From the NCBI RefSeq assembly GCF_000400465.1, contig NW_008806276.1, positions 60,001-92,000 on the forward strand: a DNA stretch of 32,000 nt. Reading direction: 5' to 3'. Made by a program: the position numbers and the translations under genes. Below the pieces are notes generated by a model. It worked only from the letters and a program-made list of their open reading frames with translations. It had not been told where the DNA came from and searched no databases. This DNA comes from Wallemia ichthyophaga EXF-994 (Eukaryota; Fungi; Basidiomycota). Of this stretch, positions 20,484 to 31,714 are shown in pieces; the first letter of the stretch is position 1; each line of letters starts with the position of its first letter.

Positions 20484-21092
20484 TCAAATATTATCCCCCG
20501 CATGTTCCGTGAAGAACTGGAATCTTGCAATCCCTTCAATATCTAGCTTACCTTCGAAAAATAACTGACTACCTCCGCAAGGACTTTTGCTCAAATCAAT
20601 AGTCTTATCTGAGTGATCATTAAGTACGGCGTATCCATGCCAACTATCGTCAAACTTTTGCTTTATACATTTAGTAGACCCCCTCGGTTTCTCGTTTGTT
20701 AACTTGTGGTTCATCGCACTTGATATCTTTTCCAAATGTGGATACTTGGTACATGAATTTTCGACGTGGAATTTGTAAGTGTTGTCTGATATTGCCGTTT
20801 CAATCACATTACATCTATATGTATACCAATCATAGATGGCAATGCCACTGTCATACGCAGCTCTCAGACCAAATGACAAGATTCCGATAGAGAACCAGAT
20901 TGGAACCTGATGCGTTGGAGAGCTATTGACAGGCAAATATTTAGGAAAAACCACGCGCATACTTTGAGATATAGAGTAAAAAATAGAAACATTTTCGAAT
21001 GTCAAGCATTCATTATGAATGAAGTAGTTAGTGATAAGCTTGAGAAATAATGCTGCGCAATTGATGGCTATGACTTTGTGAATCGTTACCAT
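20484..21092 (-). CDS. CSS2-like / killer-toxin-like protein, copy B (202 aa)
   Basis: Same N-terminal ~128 aa as copy A, with a diverged C-terminus ending FQFFTEHAGDNI. Confidence 0.5.
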   Translation of the reverse strand: MVTIHKVIAINCAALFLKLITNYFIHNECLTFENVSIFYSISQSMRVVFPKYLPVNSSPTHQVPIWFSIGILSFGLRAAYDSGIAIYDWYTYRCNVIETAISDNTYKFHVENSCTKYPHLEKISSAMNHKLTNEKPRGSTKCIKQKFDDSWHGYAVLNDHSDKTIDLSKSPCGGSQLFFEGKLDIEGIARFQFFTEHAGDNI

Positions 21093-21524
21093 ATGATGAG
21101 AGTTGAGAGGATAGGACGCGACAGTGGATAGGCTGCTCGAAAGATTTCAATAATGATAACATTTCGTCTTTGACATTAATTCTGATTACTTACTGAACAC
21201 CCACTTCCAACTCCCAAACCTCTAGATGAGACGCTTCAATTTTAAACTTAGAATTCCATAAACCGTAATTGTTTATTCAATTTACTTGAAGCTCCTCCGG
21301 CTGAAACTTTGTGTCATTTTGTCTACGACAACAGGAAACGCCCAATATTGAGACAATGACGCATTAAAGTACACGCCTTTTTATTTGTTTACAAGCTTCA
21401 GCCGAATCACTTGGCAGTTTCATTAAATGACGAGATGTGATGATAGAAGTGAGAAACATCAGCCCAGCTGGCTTTATAAGAAGCGCTATATCTTTCTTTC
21501 TTCTTCACAACTAAGAAAATTGAA

Positions 21525-22941
21525 ATGTACTTCAACAACGTCAAAGCTCTCGCCGTTCTCGCCTTTACTAGCGCCATCGTATTAGTAGCCGCTGCACCTA
21601 ACCCAGCTGGCAACATCTCGTATCGCGGAGATGTAGGAGATGTCGGTCACAAGAATGAAAACTCTGAAAAGGGTGTGGATGCCAAGAACAACGATAATTA
21701 CGACAAATACGATAAGCAAGACAAGGAATCTCACGAAGAGGCGCTCAAGAAGCACAGCAAAGAGGTCGAAAAGCAGAAAATGCTGACGAAAGAAGCTGCC
21801 GAAAAGAACAAAGCAAATGACAAGGTTGGTAATGACGAAGCTTGCTGAAAATTGGCTTACACAGTAATAGAACCAGAAGACAGACGAGTACTGGAAGGGT
21901 GAGAAGAAAGATGACAACACGTACGACAACAAGTCTGGTAATAAGAAGCAAGACAATCAGTACGACACCAGTAAGAAACAAGATTCTGGCAAGCACGATA
22001 CCGACATGAAACAAGAGCACTACAACGACAAAAAGCAAGACAATCACTACGACACCAGTAAGAAACAAGATTCTGGCAAGCACGATACCGACATGAAACA
22101 AGAGCACTACAACGACAAAAAGCAAGACAATCACTACGACACCAGTAAGAAACAAGATTCTGGCAAGCACGATACCGACATGAAACAAGAGCACTACAAC
22201 GACAAAAAGCAAGACAATCACTACGACACCAGTAAGAAACAAGATTCTGGCAAGCACGATACCGACATGAAACAAGAGCACTACAACGACAAAAAGCAAG
22301 ACAATCACTACGACACCAGTAAGAAACAAGATTCTGGCAAGCACGATACCGACATGAAACAAGAGCACTACAACGACAAAAAGCAAGACAATCACTACGA
22401 CACCAGTAAGAAACAAGATTCTGGCAAGCACGATACCGACATGAAACAAGAGCACTACAACGACAAAAAGCAAGACAATCACTACGACACCAGTAAGAAA
22501 CAAGATTCTGGCAAGCACGATACCGACATGAAACAAGAGCACTACAACGACAAAAAGCAAGACAATCACTACGACACCAGTAAGAAACAAGATTCTGGCA
22601 AGCACGATACCGACATGAAACAAGAGCACTACAACGACAAAAAGCAAGACAATCACTACGACACCAGTAAGAAACAAGATTCTGGCAAGCACGATACCGA
22701 CATGAAACAAGAGCACTACAACGACAAAAAGCAAGACAATCACTACGACACCAGTAAGAAACAAGATTCTGGCAAGCACGATACCGACATGAAACAAGAG
22801 CACTACAACGACAAAAAGCAAGACAATCACTACGACACCAGTAAGAAACAAGATTCTGGCAAGCACGATACCGACATGAAACAAGAACACGACAACGACA
22901 AGAAGCAAGACAATCATTACGATACCGACAAGAAAGACTAA
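21525..22941 (+). CDS. Secreted K/D/H-rich repeat protein, copy B (456 aa; 10 full repeats)
   Basis: Same exon 1 and intron (21825-21870) as copy A. ORF 22006-22941 is 10 x 29 aa plus a 21-aa terminal variant. Confidence 0.82.
22006..22875 (+). repeat. Coding minisatellite: 10 identical 87-bp units
   Basis: Unit atgaaacaagagcactacaacgacaaaaagcaagacaatcactacgacaccagtaagaaacaagattctggcaagcacgataccgac is repeated head-to-tail with no spacers. Confidence 0.96.
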
Positions 22942-23292
22942 GCTTCGATTGTTTGTTAAGCTTATTGTACACTGTGTTCATGAATGATTCTATCATTGAA
23001 CAAAGATATTAATTTTGAGTATTCAGCAAGGTGCTTTGTTCTTTACCCCGATAGGGCCTCTCGCTTATCAAGCTATTCCAAAAATAAAATCTTACTTATC
23101 CCAGCTGAGTTTGAACCCTTCAAGTTTGTCTCCTTTGTTCCACACTCTCACTACCGTAATTGATCCCTAAATCCGTCTTATCCACCTTATTTAACACAAG
23201 ATACTTGACATGGACAAGCGAGATATCTAAGCGACCGTGACTATCTACCTATACAGTAATTCAAGACCACATCTAGCTCAAATAACATCGGG

Positions 23293-24483
23293 ATGAAGTT
23301 GGAATTAGTCGCGATAGCTGCAATTATTCAGTTTGTCTTAGCGAAAGAGCCCTGGGATGACTTTAAGCATATCAAGGCATCGTTATTTGCTAATATAGTC
23401 ACTTTTCACATTAAGAACACCATCATTGCTTGACGGACAAAAGTCAGAATTTTGATATTGCTGTTAATGGTATACCTTTTGATACAAGCGTGTCATACTG
23501 AACAGGGGCCAGATTCGGACCGAATAGTGAGCCAATTCCCAAGCTCGAATATATTGCTGATTTGCTTAGGCATTAGTCAGGGATCACGTCACCAAGACCC
23601 AGCAAATGCATGGTCGCACTTCTGGGAGGCCAACCCTTACGCGAAAGGGGTCAAAATTTTAGACTGTGGGGATATTCCAGTGATTACAGTAGACAACCAG
23701 ATGTCATAAAAAAGCACCGAAGCTGCGCACGACAATCTTCTCAATCGACCAACTGCAAGTAAGCATCTAAAGCATCCAATGCTACTCACATTTGGAGGTG
23801 ACCACTCAATTGAGTTGCCAATTCTGCGTACTCTAAAAAAGGCGCGTAATCCGCGCTATTCATCGAAGTACATTTCCCGACACTCATCTCTAGGTACACG
23901 GTCCTATATCGCTTATTCAGATCGACTCTCATATCGATACATGGTCTTCAGGCAAAAAGTATGGGTTCAGTGATAAGCACGACACAGCACCTGTCTCTCA
24001 TGGCAACATGCTTTGGCATGCGTCGGAGGAAAATTTGCTTACCTCGAGATCGATCCAAGCTGGAATAAGGACGCGTTTTACAAAAGAAAGGGATATTACA
24101 GATAATAAAGAGTTTGGTATAAAAATGATCACGATCGATGCTATAGATGAAATCGGTGCAAAGGGAATTGCAGATCAAATTAGAAAAAGGGTCGGCAATA
24201 CGGCAGCCTATTTGACAATTGATATAGACTCAGTTGATCCTGCCTTTGCCGGCGCCACTGGAACACCCGAGCCTGGTGGGCTTACCACGCGCGAAGCCAA
24301 GACTATTTTAAGGAATCTGAAGGGTTTAAATTTTGTTGGGGCAGATATAGTCGAAGTTATTCACCATATGACGCTGGAAGTGAGCTAAGACAGATGGTCG
24401 CGGCTGATGTGGCACATGAAATTCTTCAATTACTGACTACGTCACCAATTATGGAATCCAGCGTAATTCACGATGAGTTGTGA
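23293..24483 (+). pseudogene. Agmatinase-family pseudogene, copy B
   Basis: Same sequence and same lesions as 10011-11201. Confidence 0.88.
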
Positions 24484-24920
24484 ATGCATTTAAATAAGCT
24501 TTCACTAATGATTTACGCTTCTAAAGGTCTCTTTTCGTATTTATTACATCACATAGCTAAGAAATGCACATCGATGCCCATATTTTGCCACTTATACGAC
24601 TTCCTACGAGCTTGTATGTCAAAAACAAGCAATCTAAATGCTGCTAAATTCAACACTTTCTATTCTCCATTTATTCAATGTCATATATGGAACTATCACC
24701 AGGAACTCACCAGGAATTCACCGATTAGGAAGGAAGATAAAGATATCTAGGCACTTCATTATCAAACCTACATGCAAGAATACTATCGCTTAATTTCCGT
24801 CGCTTAATTGACCTTCACATGATTTATTGACCAGAACATACAGTTGATAAGATGTCTGATAAGGCGTCGATAAGGATGAGGATAAGTAGGGTCGTTTTTT
24901 CAATAACTCTTCTTTCACCA

Positions 24921-25533
24921 ATGAATAAAGAAGAAAAAAGGAGCCTTCCATAAACTCAGCGTGTTTTTTTTTTTTTAACAATGCCGAGCCGGAGTCTTCA
25001 ACAAAAAGGGGCTCTCATACCAGCCGAAATCTGAATAGACGTCATATCCAAATTTACGGAATAGGTGGTGTGAGTTGAAAGAGAAAGGAAAGGATTGATT
25101 GCTGATCTAAAAAGGTTATTGGGACGGCGGTGATTGTCACACTAGGAGAACAGAACACAGAAGCAGGTGTGTTTGTCTCGCGTAAAAATAAAACCACTCA
25201 AAACTCACAGGACCGCTATTCTTGTTGCTGGCTTATACCTTCTGGAGCTGCATAATCTACATCGTGAATTAATGTGTAGCAGTGCCCACTTGTCGTCTAC
25301 CAGTAGAGAATGATGCATTTGTGGATTTCGCTGGTAATTATATATCACCAGCGTTTGGTGTGTCTATTGGGTACAATTACTTTTTGTGCATGGTGAGAGC
25401 TATTGATTGAAGTGTAATCACGTAACAACATCTTCAGATAGGTCTTCTCTGCTTTGAAATTACAAACTTCGGAAACGCTATCAACTACTGGACCACAGAG
25501 CCATTACACCCGGCTATAATGGTATCTGCGAGT
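24921..25533 (+). pseudogene. 5' fragment of the permease pseudogene, truncated by the copy C junction
   Basis: Matches 11639-12251, including the premature TAA; it then switches abruptly to the antisense of the toxin-like gene. Confidence 0.85.
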
Positions 25534-26112
25534 GAACTGGAATCTTGCAATCCCTTCAATATCTAGCTTACCTTCGAAAAATAACTGACTACCTCCGCAA
25601 GGACTTTTGCTCAAATCAATAGTCTTATCTGAGTGATCATTAAGTACGGCGTATCCATGCCAACTATCGTCAAACTTTTGCTTTATACATTTAGTAGACC
25701 CCCTCGGTTTCTCGTTTGTTAACTTGTGGTTCATCGCACTTGATATCTTTTCCAAATGTGGATACTTGGTACATGAATTTTCCACGTAGAATTTGTAAGT
25801 GTTGTCTGATATTGCCGTTTCAATCACATTACATCTATATGTATACCAATCATAGATGGCAATGCCACTGTCATACGCAGCTCTCAGACCAAATGACAAG
25901 ATTCCGATAGAGAACCAGATTGGAACCTGATGCGTTGGAGAGCTATTGACAGGCAAATATTTAGGAAAAACCACGCGCATACTTTGAGATATAGAGTAAA
26001 AAATAGAAACATTTTCGAATGTCAAGCATTCATTATGAATGAAGTAGTTAGTGATAAGCTTGAGAAATAATGCTGCGCAATTGATGGCTATGACTTTGTG
26101 AATCGTTACCAT
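25504..26112 (-). CDS. CSS2-like / killer-toxin-like protein, copy C (202 aa; chimeric C-terminus)
   Basis: B-type sequence with an H-to-Y change (KFYVENS). The last residues TRRYHYSRV* are read from the antisense strand of the permease fragment. Confidence 0.5.
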   Translation of the reverse strand: MVTIHKVIAINCAALFLKLITNYFIHNECLTFENVSIFYSISQSMRVVFPKYLPVNSSPTHQVPIWFSIGILSFGLRAAYDSGIAIYDWYTYRCNVIETAISDNTYKFYVENSCTKYPHLEKISSAMNHKLTNEKPRGSTKCIKQKFDDSWHGYAVLNDHSDKTIDLSKSPCGGSQLFFEGKLDIEGIARFQFTRRYHYSRV

Positions 26113-27255
26113 ATGATGAGAGTTGAGAGGATAGGACGCGACAGTGGATAGGCTGCTCGAAAGATTTCAATAATGATAACATTTCGTCTTTGACATTAAT
26201 TCTGATTACTTACTGAACACCCACTTCCAACTCCCAAACCTCTAGATGAGACGCTTCAATTTTAAACTTAGAATTCCATAAACCGTAATTGTTTATTCAA
26301 TTTACTTGAAGCTCCTCCGGCTGAAACTTTGTGTCATTTTGTCTACGACAACAGGAAACGCCCAATATTGAGACAATGACGCATTAAAGTACACGCCTTT
26401 TTATTTGTTTACAAGCTTCAGCCGAATCACTTGGCAGTTTCATTAAATGACGAGATGTGATGATAGAAGTGAGAAACATCAGCCCAGCTGGCTTTATAAG
26501 AAGCGCTATATCTTTCTTTCTTCTTCACAACTAAGAAAATTGAAATGTACTTCAACAACGTCAAAGCTCTCGCCGTTCTCGCCTTTACTAGCGCCATCGT
26601 ATTAGTAGCCGCTGCACCTAACCCAGCTGGCAACATCTCGTATCGCGGAGATGTAGGAGATGTCGGTCACAAGAATGAAAACTCTGAAAAGGGTGTGGAT
26701 GCCAAGAACAACGATAATTACGACAAATACGATAAGCAAGACAAGGAATCTCACGAAGAGGCGCTCAAGAAGCACAGCAAAGAGGTCGAAAAGCAGAAAA
26801 TGCTGACGAAAGAAGCTGCCGAAAAGAACAAAGCAAATGACAAGGTTGGTAATGACGAAGCTTGCTGAAAATTGGCTTACACAGTAATAGAACCAGAAGA
26901 CAGACGAGTACTGGAAGGGTGAGAAGAAAGATGACAACACGTACGACAACAAGTCTGGTAATAAGAAGCAAGACAATCAGTACGACACCAGTAAGAAACA
27001 AGATTCTGGCAAGCACGATACCGACATGAAACAAGAGCACTACAACGACAAAAAGCAAGACAATCACTACGACACCAGTAAGAAACAAGATTCTGGCAAG
27101 CACGATACCGACATGAAACAAGAACACGACAACGACAAGAAGCAAGACAATCACTACGATACCGACAAGAAAGACTAAGCTTCGATTGTTTGTTAAGCTT
27201 ATTGTACACTGTGTTCATACATGATTCTATCATTGAACAAAGATATTAATTTTAG
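25534..27255. repeat. Segmental duplication copy C (matches copy B from 20514, offset +5020)
   Basis: Starts at gaactggaatcttgcaatccc, a B-type allele. Identity ends just after agatattaatttt at ~27253. Confidence 0.93.
26545..27178 (+). CDS. Secreted K/D/H-rich repeat protein, copy C (195 aa; 1 full repeat)
   Basis: Same structure as copy A but one 87-bp unit shorter; stop TAA at 27176-27178. Confidence 0.82.
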
Positions 27256-28016
27256 TATCGATAAGAACCTGCTTATCAAATAAATCTTCACATTTCCGAT
27301 GTATGAACCTCCCACCTGCGCAGTGATATCTGAGTTATCTATTCTCTAGGATGATTTGGGTGGCAGGTTTGAAGCTATTGAGTATTGCGCTAAGTCTGAG
27401 ATCAGTTTTACCATTCTGAAGCATTTGTTTGTCTGACAATCGGTGTTGATAAATCCTCGTTCATGTGAATCTCAATCCTGCGAATTAAAATCCATGCCAG
27501 TCAATGGAACGAAGGGAGCTCAGCCAACAGCTTTCTGTACACCACAAGCTGTACTTTATTATTGCAATTCCGACAGCGGGGCATTTCACCATCAACGCGC
27601 GTCTTATTATCGTTAAGCCTAACTATCACAGTCATTCTATCCAGACTCAGCTCATCAATATCACCCTTCACGAATTGGTCATGGATTAGCCCAATGAAGA
27701 ATTCTATCTCAGATATATGGCACCGATAGTGTAAAAACGGTAAAAAAATAGTCAAAAGCGAATGTTGCGCTAATGTGTATCGAAAAAGTTGCAACATTGT
27801 ATCGCATGTTATAAATCACAATCACGTTTGAGATTGTGTCAAGTGATGCCACTTTAATAGCATCAAGAATTATACATGGAAATTATGTTGGTAGAATGAA
27901 GTACAAAACGAGAATGCTCTACTTATTTTACTTAAATTTGGAAAATTTAAAATCCGAAACACTGAGACGAGGCAACCAATTTCCGAAATGGTAATCGCCG
28001 AAGGAAGACGAATAAG

Positions 28017-28292
28017 GAAATGAGCGATTCAATGAGCGGCGGAAGTCCTTCTTTAGCTCCACCATCAAGCTCATGCTCAAAGACAACAAGTGCAAGGTTG
28101 AGCAGGAAAGGGAGAGTCCGCCGCCATACTGCAGTATCTCAGAGTACAAACATATGCTGAGGGTGAAAGCGGAGATGATCAGTCCTGTGAAGCTTGTGGA
28201 CAAAATTCCGACTAATATGAAGTACGTAGTGTACATCTATGGCAATGAGGCTAATGAGGCTTGCTAGTAGTACATGTAATGCGAATATATAA
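28017..28292 (+). other. Possible coding fragment (hypothetical) with one intron-like element
   Basis: Open frame NERFNERRKSFFSSTIKLMLKDNK...SPPPY...KIPTNM followed by GTACGT..GCTAAT..TAG. No clear start codon and no family recognised. Confidence 0.25.
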
Positions 28293-28314
28293 TACAACGC
28301 CATCTATAATCAAT

Positions 28315-29668
28315 CTACTCCGGCTCGTTACCGGGAGAGAGATACTGCAGCTCTAATCCAATGCTCTGAACGGGTTTGTGAGGGTTGCTGAGGTCGGCGA
28401 CGAGACCGAGGGAAATGAGGAGGGACTTGAGTCTCCCTGCGTATTGAAGTGCTACTGACTGCAAAGGGAAATTAGTTAGTGTGTCTCAAAACACCCCCTG
28501 ACTCACCTTCTCTGTCGTGATTCTAGCTTTCACGTAGCCCTGAATGGGGTCTTTCTCGTCTATGGCTGTAGAAGCCGACAGAGGGATAGAGTTAACTGCA
28601 TTAGGTTTGAGTTTGAGTTCCTGCGAGTTCTCATCCCAATAAGTGTCATCGTCATTCCTCTCCTGCTCCCTCTCGCCCTCTTCGCTGCGGTGGATGGCCC
28701 ACTCAGCGCCAAGCGTGGTGACGCTCTCGTACGAAAATAGATTGAACTCAAACCGCGATGCCAGTGACAGACCACGCGCCACGGTCGCCGCGTATGTCCC
28801 GCTGAGGTATCCGGTGATGGGGCTGAGGAGTGCAACGAGGACGGTCGGCGGAGAGTGAGTGTCGGGGAGTGTCTGGAAGCGGAGACCTGTTGATACTGCG
28901 AGAGTGTGAGTGGGGTGTACCGTTTTTTAAAAAAAGCTACCCACCACCTGCTGACTTTTCGAGTGCGGATGCGTAGATTTCACCGCCGAGACTGAAATGT
29001 CCTTTGAGACCACCGGAACCATCGTCGTCAGGTTCTTCGTCTATGCGTGCTGTGTGTGGGGTGGATGGGGAGTGGGAGCTTTCGACACCCTTATCAATCA
29101 GACCAAAGTGAAAGAGAGAAGACGCGGATGCCATCCCGTCAGCCACTGAATAGGCCAATTCACTGGCATACTCCCCTTTGTCCTTTTGGTAGGTGATGTA
29201 CATTTCACTTGGCTCGTCGCGGGTTGGCGGGCGGGGATGGGATATGCTGGATACGAGGAGCTGCGAGTGGGGGCTGAGTCTGCGTGTATAGAGGGAATGT
29301 AAGCGTGAGGATGGGAGGTGTAGCTGGCCGTAGAGAAGGTAATGGTTGTGTGTGCTGGTCGGTACCTTTGGGAGGGCAGAAATGTTGAAGTTGTGGACAA
29401 GTGAGTGCAGCGTTGGTTTCTGGCGGGGCAAATCGGTTGAGCTGGCTAGATACGCAAGTGAGCCAGTGAGCGATGGCAGTATAGACAAGCTGCAGCTGCT
29501 AGCGAATGATTGCGTTGGGCATGAGGAGAGTGAGATTGAAAGTGCAGATGGCGGCGCAAAATCGAGAATGGCTGCAGATGCCCTATTTAGATTTGAATAT
29601 TGAGCATCTGGATTCCAATCTGTAGCCATGAAATAGCTGCGTAGAATATATTCAGCGTAATTGATCAT
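28315..29668 (-). CDS. MDM10: Mitochondrial distribution and morphology protein 10 (ERMES/SAM beta-barrel), 3 exons
   Basis: MINYAEYILRSYFMATDWNPDAQYSNL, LLYGQLHLPSSRL, GGEIYASALEKSAG|VSTGLRF, SRFEFNLFSYES, ending IGLELQYLSPGNEPE*. Introns GTGGGT..GCAG and GTGAGT..GCAG restore the frame. Confidence 0.92.
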
Positions 29669-29691
29669 GACTGTTGTTAAGAAGAACAATC

Positions 29692-31714
29692 ATGAGATGC
29701 CCAATCTGCAGAACGCGGAGATGGACAAAGGATCCTTCGTCTGGGCATGTAATGTGCGTTGAGGGACACATACATGAGGTTATTATGGCGCATCTCTCCA
29801 ACTCCAATCACTTACGTCTCTCAGGGCTTCCGCAACGAGACGCAGGAAGATGGCGCGATAAGGCATCAAGCACAGCAGCGATACATAAAAAAAGGCAGAC
29901 AAGTGCGCAAGAAAGTACTCAAAAGCCATGCTTGTCAGTGCGTACACTAGACTATCCACCTTATCTAATCCCGCTGCAGGGTACTCTGGCGACAAGCTTC
30001 GATTTCTGCATCTTCAAGCCCAGCAGTTGATTCTACGCAGGCAAGTGGAATGTTTGATTGCTATCTGGGGGCTACCCAACGAGTTTGAGGTACGCTGGGT
30101 TGTAAATACCACGCAAACCACGCAAACCACTCACATTCTCTAGATCGTCATACGCGACCTCTGGGCTCTCAGAGTATCCCTCCTCAAAGACCTCGTAGCC
30201 GCTCCTATTGAAATGGCACGCAGGCGGAGCACGCACGAACAAACCGACGACGAGGACGATAAGGAGGACGATAAGGAGGATAGTAAAGAGGACACGAAAC
30301 ACGACGATAAAGAAGAACCCAGCGATAACTCCGATGACGCACTCGAAGACCCCGATGAAATGCTCGGCAATCTCGAAACCCCACCTTCAGACGAAGACAT
30401 GAACCAGCCTCAGACTATGGAGGAGGCACTCGAAGCAGCTAACCGGGTAAAAACGACACGCCGTGTACAAAGTGCAGTGGATGAATTCAGCATGATATGG
30501 CTATTAGCCGTGCTGAATTTGGGATTCTGGACACTCCGCTTGCCCGTCTTCCACCTCGACTTTAAGGCAGCCTTGCAAGACCGGCGTGTGCCATACATGG
30601 ATGCTCTTGCATACCTCCCTGAACCCATCAAAGCGCGTCTCAACCCGAGCTCACGCACGTCTTTCCAAGCAGAGGTGAGCGTTGCCTGGATTTTTAGGTA
30701 GCTCGAAAAAAACACTCACACGCTCTAGACCCTTCCATCTCTGCGCAAAGTACACCGCGCATCTATCTACCTCGCCAGACAGATGCGGGAGCGATACGCG
30801 GTGACGTTCAGTGACTACAACGTGACACCAGTTTTATGGCGCTGCGTACATGATCTTGGTTTGCCACCGACTATGCACACGCTTTGCATGGAGATGGTGC
30901 AGCGCATCGGCATCAGCTTCTCTCTCCTCCCCCACCACCGCATGGGCAAGCGCAGCAAACACAGGAAGGGCGAAGCTTGCGCTCCTGAAATTATTGCTAT
31001 GGCTGTTGTTGTCTCCGTGTGCACCCTCGTGTATAACTTAGACAACGAGGTGACTGACCAGCCCCGAATAAGGAGCCTTCTCGACAAGAACAAGTGGATT
31101 ATGTCGCTAGATAAACACTTCAAACTTTCGGATAGTATCTTGAATGACCAGGTGTAAGTGGGAGTGGGAGTTTAGACAGTCAGTTCATTCATTCTCACAA
31201 ACACCCCACAGGCAAATCATAGACGCTACAGACGAACAGGTAGACGATTTTCTCGATTACATGGAACGGACTGTCCCAGTGGCAGACGAGGACACAATTA
31301 GAAGTGAGTAATGCAGCACACACAGTGCGATTCAAAACCTAACAAACCGCAGCCTGGCCACCGCTAGCCGACGAACTTAGACGCACGGGCGACCCTCACC
31401 GCATACCTGCCGTTAAACAAGACAGTAATTGGTTTCACAGCCTCTACGAAGATCGCATCCCTCTCGACGCATACCCAGCCCAGCCTGAGGCCAACCTGGT
31501 CCGCTCCTACCATACCTCTGATAGAATGGGCGACTATCCCATCCTTTACGACAGACTACTCAAGGCATCCGCTAAGGCCATAGGGGTATCCCATCCAGAG
31601 GAAATTGCTCACACTGTCGAAATGTTTCACAAAAGACTAGGGCTAGCCAGCAAGCAAACCAGTTCGAGGAGAACTAGCGTTGCGTCAGAAGGAGGGATTA
31701 ACATGTACTTTTAA
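29692..31714 (+). CDS. RRN7: RNA polymerase I core factor subunit Rrn7/TAF1B-like, multi-exon
   Basis: N-terminal zinc ribbon MRCPICRTRRWTKDPSSGHVMCVEGH, then FLHLQAQQLILRRQVECLIAIWGLPNEFE|IVIRDLWAL, an acidic insert, and DEQVDDFLDYMER. Several GT..AG introns; exact internal boundaries are partly uncertain. Confidence 0.82.

Larger units (their letters stand above)
18582..25533. repeat. Segmental duplication copy B (near-identical to 5998-12251; truncated inside the permease)
   Basis: Line-by-line identity with copy A. It ends at ...ggtatctgcgagt (25533), where copy A continues attgcagc. Confidence 0.95.

Noticed and set aside
22006-22875. CRISPR-like array
   Set aside because: The units are identical and head-to-tail with no spacers, they are in frame within a eukaryotic gene, and no cas genes are present.
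21745-22996. Long minus-strand ORFs (390-aa hydrophobic, 379-aa Cys-rich) and their shorter equivalents in copies A and C
   Set aside because: They are antisense shadows of the 87-bp coding repeat. They lack ATG starts and signal peptides, while the plus frame splices to a proper signal-peptide exon.
5000-27255. Transposon or LTR element as driver of the duplications
   Set aside because: No transposase, RT or integrase ORF, terminal repeats or target-site duplications were recognised at the breakpoints.
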